A stretch of 57,615 nt of DNA, the filler included, from Dugesia japonica (taxonomy: Eukaryota): the NCBI GenBank assembly GCA_001938525.1. It is 4 parts of 4 records of this genome, joined end to end, with 100 filler letters (N's around TTAATTAATTAA, not from the genome) between each part and the next. Parts side by side here need not be neighbours in the genome. Positions count along the whole stretch, not along the records: positions 45,806 to 57,615 come from MQRL01636773.1; 3 more parts are not named here. The stretch is one strand, 5' to 3'. Position numbers and translations under genes: made by a program. This document shows positions 51,673-57,615 of this stretch, one piece after another; the first letter of the stretch is position 1; every line of letters begins with the position of its first letter. The notes below the pieces were generated by a model that saw only the letters and a list, made by a program, of their open reading frames with translations, had not been told where the DNA came from and searched no databases.

Positions 51673-53121
51673 TTAGGTGTACAAGTATGACTCCTTCGAT
51701 TTTTACAATTTAAAAAACCAATCACAATTAAAAAAGTCGAGGAAAAGTTTTATTACAAATTATTTCCATCATTAATAACATTTTTTCCAAATAATGATTG
51801 CCAGTAACTGTTTCCCCTGGTTTCAGTAGCTCATAGTACATAATACCTTTTTGATCTCACCAGAATAACACTTTTTCTATGAAAATTACGTTATGCGGTT
51901 GAATTTGTCGGCTGGCCTAGATCAACTCACGATCTTTACGCTTATGTATACAAAAATAAATCCTCTTTTCATCTCTAGTAACTATACGATACAGGAAAGT
52001 CTTTGTTTTTTTCCTTTCTATTAAAATTTCGCCAGTGGTTCTTGTCTGGTGTTTGTTTTTTTCTTTCAATTCTTAAGGCATCCACTTTCTTTTTTTCTGA
52101 ATCTTTTCCATACGCAGTTTGAAATAGCTTGTTGAGTTAAATTCAGTGAACCAGTGTTTGAGCATCGTCGTCGTTCAATAACGCTTGCATAAAGTCTTTT
52201 GTTTTCGAAAATCTTTGGATGAAGACTCTGGAATAAATATTGAAACTCTCTATGCCAACCTTTTTTAAATATTAGTGGTTCTAACTATTCCATATTCAGC
52301 TGCTTCAGGTTGATTCCACATTTTTATTGGAACTTGTGCTGGCGCATTTACAACACGTCTTTATCGTCCTCTTATGTAGAAAAATTTCGAAATACAAAAA
52401 TAAATTTCTCCATATGGCCAGGTTTCAGGGCGGTTTCGTATAGTGCTTCGAAACAAGTTAAAACCTCTTCTACAGGAACATTAACTAAAACTAGGACGCT
52501 TTCAAGAAAATTTAGAAATCCGGCATTTGCAGTATAATTTTGCTTGATATCGAGTTCTCTTAATTTTCTATGATTGCTTTGTGTTAGATGAAAGTAACAG
52601 CCAGTAATAGATGCATTTCCGAATCTAGTTTGAAGCGCTTGTATGGCAGACTTCTTAAAGTCGACCAAAACTAACTTGCGTTTTTTACTAAGTGTGTAAC
52701 TTCAGTTATCAACCTGTTGTAAGTCCTTAATGTTAAAATCGTATTAGTATAAAATAGAATTCACTGGGTCAACTATCCGGACTATCAATTCTCCAGGGGA
52801 TCAATTTTCACAGGGATCAAATGTTGGGGGACCGAAATTCGCATCACTATAAATAGATTAGCGCTTAAACTGTACTTCAAATAAACAACAACACAACTTG
52901 CAAAAATTTCCTTATTCAGAAATGATATACTTACTCTATCCCATAAAAATTTGGATTTAATACATTTAATTTTAATTTTAAATGATTAATATTAACATGT
53001 TATCTCATATATAATTGAAAAATACAAATTTTCTTGGTTTTAATTTTTTTAAAAATTCATTTTTTATGGAATGGAGTAAGTATATAATTACTAAATGACA
53101 GAGTCATACTTGTACATCTAA
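51673..53121 (-). mobile_element. Deleted mariner element with both TIRs, interrupted by a MULE fragment
   Basis: TA|TTAGGTGTACAAGTATGACTC ... GAGTCATACTTGTACATCTAA|TA; FLYRIVTRDEKR motif near 51965-52000. Confidence 0.85.
52225..52848 (-). mobile_element. Mutator-like (MULE) transposase fragment nested in the mariner
   Basis: VDFKKSAIQALQTRF...GCYFHLTQ matches the MULE D...CxxH motif; gggatcaa subterminal repeats. Confidence 0.8.
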
Positions 53122-54159
53122 TAGTTTCTGATTTTATTTGTTGTGAATATTATTTTCACATTTATTTTAACTGATAAAAATATGAAGATAGAATATATAA
53201 TCGATTAATAAATAATAAATTATTGGATAAAAAAATTTATATTTTCATGTATAAAAAATGAATTGCGAATGATTTTAGCATTGAAGGATTTTTCGTAAGT
53301 CAAAAATTGCAAAAATGAAAATTTCGTAATTTCTGAAGCTTCCTTTTATCCATGACATAAAGTAGTAGAAACCAAAAATACTGGTATCTTAGTATTAAAA
53401 TGGCGGATATTACCAAATAGTATGAGTCTTCAACTAATGACTTTCTAAATAATGCAATCACAAAGTAATCGTATTCTTTTATATTGTTAATATCCATATA
53501 CAGGGGGTTTCATCCAAATTTGACATTGTAAAAGGTTTATTTGCACGAAAAAAATAAAACAAATAAAATAAAAATATTTATTGAAACTTTAAAAGTTCCA
53601 AGATCGAATAATAAAAATAGAGTGTTTCAAAATTTACTTCTTAATTTTTAAAAAAATTCAATATATATATATATATATATGTTGGGGTGAAACACCCAGT
53701 TAAGAGACGAAAAATAGATCCAAAGTTCAAAGCAGTAAAGGAGGACAGTAGGGTGATTATCAAAAATATTCGAAAGGTAAAGCAATCGAAATCAGATTTG
53801 GGACATGCAAATAACCATTAAAAAAGAGGAACATAAAAGTAAAAAAGGATCCAAAAGACAGGGGTGAATAAAGTGAAACTACATCATCAATAATAATCAA
53901 AAGAAATTATGAGGCTAATAATAAAAATCAAGGAAATTATATTTATATAACAATTANTTATCAAAGAAAAATTAATTAATTGTGAAATAAAATAAATTAA
54001 AATTAGTCGAAAATTGGTTTTATACGAATAACTCCGCTCAGAAAAACAAGAGAGAGTTCGGGTAAGAAAATCTGAAAAGAAAACAATTAGAAGCATTGGA
54101 ATTTCACAAGAAGAAAAGTATAGCACCATCGAGAGGGTTTTTACGAAGTTTTAAAAATT

Positions 54160-54365
54160 GGGCCAATAATAACCCAAGAAATAAAAATAAAACAAAGCAC
54201 TAAATCTCACCTGATAGTTTAAAAATAACGGCCAATGCGAGTGCTAAAACTATGTAAAAAAATATAAAAATTGAAGCCACTGCCAATAAAAGTGAGGCAT
54301 TTCAAATTAAAAATAGTTGGCCAATACCAAGCAAAGCGGGGTGTCATCCAAAATGGTATTTAAAC
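54160..54365 (+). promoter_or_regulatory. Putative U3 promoter (four CCAAT boxes, then TATTTAAA)
   Basis: gccaat at ~54162, 54232, 54282 and 54320; TATA-like box at ~54357; similar layout in the 22450 copy. Confidence 0.45.
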
Positions 54366-55284
54366 CCCCTATTTTTTAGTCAGAGCTATTTCCAAAAAGC
54401 AACCAAAATATTTAATATTTATAGTGATACAGCTTACATTCAAAGTTACTTACCTGATCAGTGTGAAAACATTTGCAAAAACTCAATCATCTTTTCAAAN
54501 NNNNNNNNNNNNNNNNNNNNNNNNNNNNNNNNNNNNNNNNNNNNNNNNNNNNNNNNNNNNNNNNNNNNNNNNNNNNNNGTAATATTGTGTGAATTGTTTG
54601 TTAAATATATCCAGAAGGAACTGTCATTAATAAACTTTGCAATTTTATTATATGTTTTGGATAATATATCATGACTAGTAGCATAAGGCTCACATTACTA
54701 ATGAGCAATGTCGATCTGTTTTATGAGTTTGATGATTAAACTAAGTCAGATATGACCATAATTTCACAAACTAGTCAATAAGATATCCTATCGGCCGAAC
54801 GAGTAATATCATCGACATTTTTTAATTATCTCTGATGAGTCAAACGGTTTTAACACGCCAACTGATATCGCTAGTTCAACCCAAGAGAACCGTGGAGTCA
54901 ACATGCATTTTAATCAATAAAGGACACTCTAACCCGACACACCAGGAAATTATTATCGCATTTCTCACCACTACTAGTGATTGTAGTAATTGGCCGCGAA
55001 ATCGCATTGGCAAATATTCCNGTTGTTAGTTCAATTTCTGACATCAACTTCATCATGAATTATGCAAATCTGAATTTAAGTGTTTTATCATAATGGTGAA
55101 ATTGGTCACTAGAACGCACCTCGACATGACTAGTCTCCACTCTTCCCGCATTGCCTTACTGACACCAGCATCACCTACTCATTAGCCGAGAGTGATATTT
55201 TCTTGTTATTGCTATTAAAATTGGACTAGTGTCTAATACTGTGATTGCTAACTTTAGCTCTTGTGATGTGGTTATTATTGCTCT

Positions 55285-55575
55285 TGGCACTAGGATTATT
55301 ATTACTGATAGTAATTTTGTATTACTATTATGGTCATTACTAGTACTATTATTATTATTATCATTATCATGATTATTATTATTAGTATTATTACTAGTAT
55401 TATTATTATTATTATTATTAGAACTATTATCATGACTATCGTTATTATAGTTATTGCTATTATTATTATTATTCTTACTACCAGTATTATTATTTTTGCC
55501 GTTACTATGATTATTCTTATTAGTAGTACTATTCTCATTATGATTATTGTTATTATTTGATGTTATTATTATTAT
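55285..55575. repeat. Degenerate (ATT)n tract
   Basis: Low complexity; the source of the poly-Ile ORFs. Confidence 0.9.
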
Positions 55576-55891
55576 AGTGAGCCGGTGGAATTTGGTGATT
55601 GATGCTAGAGCATCGCTATTCTGGGCAACTATATATGATATTTTTGTTTCATTCAGAATACAATTGTTAAGCTTATTTTAGGGGCAACAATGATAGGGAA
55701 CCCTATAGTATCATAATTTTCCTGTTATTATCCTAACTAATTGTTAATCGAGTAGCCTATTATTATTTGTTCGGTACGAGCGCGACAAGCAGAACGAGGA
55801 ATTTTAAACTCAAATAATTACTATCAACACCATCCACATTTAGTAAACAAGAGAATTCAGCGGGTATCATTAATTATTTCCATTCAGACCA

Positions 55892-56071
55892 ATGTCCAAC
55901 ATTTTAACTAACGCATTACGTGTTATTCGCCGGGAACGTAAGCGGGTCTGTCGGAAGCAGTTAATTGCACATCTTCTCTTCCCAGATCATGTACCTACAC
56001 CGGATGAACTGGACCTTCAATGCTTCGCCGAATTATTTCCATTGCATTGTGTCGTTGATAGACGGGGATAA
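55892..56071 (+). CDS. Orphan 59-aa ORF in the giant LTR (MSNILTNALRVIRRERKRVCRKQ...)
   Basis: ATG 4 nt after ccattcag; raised GC; below the ORF-track cutoff. Confidence 0.4.
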   Translation: MSNILTNALRVIRRERKRVCRKQLIAHLLFPDHVPTPDELDLQCFAELFPLHCVVDRRG

Positions 56072-56240
56072 CCGAATACCGTATCTGATTCTATCTTTAA
56101 CCTAATTTAAATATAAATTACACGTCTTACTTGAATGCTTTGCAATTTTTCTTTTTTTTCATGTACCCATTTAATAACTTATTTAGTAAATCGCTAAGCT
56201 TGATTTTAATTTCAATTTATTACAGAGCTAAATAAGTTTA

Positions 56241-56588
56241 ATGGAAATTATATGGGAAAGAGTAATCGACCGACGAACGTGTCGCATAATTTTTCGACGG
56301 CATAGAAACCCATACAACCGAGACGCGGGCATTCTTTCGGACCAGTCTAATTTACCTTCAGTGGAGGCTATGGTAGCACGGATCCAGAATTTTGGGGAAC
56401 GACAAAATTATCAGAGCTGGAATTGACCGGTGCATAATCATGTAACCCCTTTCCGCTATCAACCTTCAGTTCCGCCACCAGCAGTACAAGCTTTTATCAC
56501 GAATTTGATCTGGGGTATCCGAGAACCCACGGGTACCGAGAATTCAGAAAATACAGACTCCTTAGTCAACATGGAGACCGACCAGTAA
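56241..56588 (+). CDS. Orphan ORF: 61 aa, or 115 codons with one internal TGA
   Basis: ATG 15 nt after tttattacag; the frame stays open for 53 codons beyond the TGA at 56424. Confidence 0.45.
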
Positions 56589-56808
56589 CGGTCAATGTTT
56601 ATGTTTTCACTGGAACTCGAATAAATAGTTTTTCAACGGCTTAATAATAAATCAGTTTAATTTAGATAATTTTTTTGTTAAATTAATTTTTGGTTAACAG
56701 AATAAGTATATTTGATGATTAGGGAGCTTCTAATGAATATCACCATGTGTGAGTAGAGGTTTCGTGTATTTCGGCCTTCCTTTATTTAGTTTTCGTAGAT
56801 TTCGTTTA

Positions 56809-57183
56809 ATGTTCTCTATTATAGTGCATTCCTCCTTGAATCGCGCAGATGCCCCGACCAAGAAAATCCGTGAGTCCAAGGATGATACCGAACTTACATG
56901 GGATCTTTTTAAACTCGCGAAACGGCAGTGGGAAGCAGACTCCGCATTCACCGAAGGCAAAGTCCGTCGTTACAAAAAGAAATGTCTAGCTTTTAGGACA
57001 GAGGCCGAGGCATCGCATAGCCAGGAAAGAGTTTGGACGTCTCAACTAGAATCATTTACTGAAGTCATCCGGTCCTACCAAGACCGAAAAAATAAACTGG
57101 TCGACGATATCTTGAAGTTAAGGATGATCATGCCGCTCCCGCCTCTTATGGTAGATAAAGGAACCCAAACGACTCGCCCATGA
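56809..57183 (+). CDS. Orphan 124-aa helical protein with a C-terminal DKGTQT motif
   Basis: ATG 10 nt after tttagttttcgtag; long open frame in an AT-rich genome. Confidence 0.55.
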   Translation: MFSIIVHSSLNRADAPTKKIRESKDDTELTWDLFKLAKRQWEADSAFTEGKVRRYKKKCLAFRTEAEASHSQERVWTSQLESFTEVIRSYQDRKNKLVDDILKLRMIMPLPPLMVDKGTQTTRP

Positions 57184-57354
57184 ACTCTATCAATTTCTTT
57201 TTGAGAATAAAATTGTCTTTTTGACTAAATTTTTATTATATTTGGCACCTATATGTTAACTTGCATATATATTTTGAACTAAATACCGAAATTAATGCAT
57301 TCTAATTCAGTGCCACGAATTACATTTCCTGACAATTTAAGACGTCACAGGATA

Positions 57355-57615
57355 ATGCGCCGATTACTGATAGAGAGACACCTTAAGCGCCAGGCCGAAC
57401 GAGAACTTTTGAGACATCTCGCACAGCGCAACCAGTTAATAAAAAGGCTAGATCTAATCATCAAGAAACAGAGTGATCTAGCAGTCCAAACAAAAAACCT
57501 AGAAGACCAGTCTAAACAATTACTTCAGCGAAAGATAGATATCCTCAAACAATATATCTCTGACAGCATCATCTTTTCATCATCAACTCAGGTGGAACCC
57601 CAACATATATATATA
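57355..57615 (+). CDS. Orphan coiled-coil ORF, open to the window end (MRRLLIERHLKRQAERELL...SSSTQVEPQH)
   Basis: ATG 4 nt after gtcacag; 87 codons without a stop; Leu/Ile heptad periodicity. Confidence 0.5.
   Translation, partial: MRRLLIERHLKRQAERELLRHLAQRNQLIKRLDLIIKKQSDLAVQTKNLEDQSKQLLQRKIDILKQYISDSIIFSSSTQVEPQHIYI

Larger units (their letters stand above)
53680..57605 (+). mobile_element. ~3.9-kb putative giant solo LTR (TGTTGGGGT...ACCCCAACA) inserted in (TA)n
   Basis: 9-bp terminal inverted repeat with TG..CA ends and (TA)n on both sides. The same end type is followed by PBS and gag at 12191. Confidence 0.7.

Noticed and set aside
55302-55560. Poly-Ile 'membrane protein' ORFs on both strands
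   Set aside because: They are translations of a degenerate (ATT)n microsatellite.

Overview
This is very AT-rich, gap-containing eukaryotic draft sequence. The (ATT)n microsatellites, 40-42 nt introns and giant-LTR relics suggest a planarian or other flatworm (inference). The window is probably four separate contigs joined by an artificial 100-bp spacer (44 N + TTAATTAATTAA + 44 N) at 21662, 31995 and 45706, so adjacency across those points is not established. Two host genes are partly visible: the last five exons of a Rab-GAP TBC-domain gene (GRTP1/TBC1D6-like, 32129-42759) and two core exons of the mitochondrial calcium uniporter MCU (47777-48181). The rest is mostly decayed transposons: four short-LTR Ty3/Gypsy copies, Tigger/pogo, mariner, DD37D/maT-like, MULE, hAT, a long-TIR foldback element and minisatellites. 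Two observations stand out. (1) A ~3.9-kb TGTTGGGG...CCCCAACA unit (53680-57605), probably a giant solo LTR inserted in (TA)n, carries a same-strand array of small orphan ORFs, each just behind its own 3' splice acceptor; one ORF ends in an LC8/dynein-binding DKGTQT motif. (2) In three Gypsy copies the apparent gag ATG is formed by the LTR-terminal A plus the TG of the primer-binding site.
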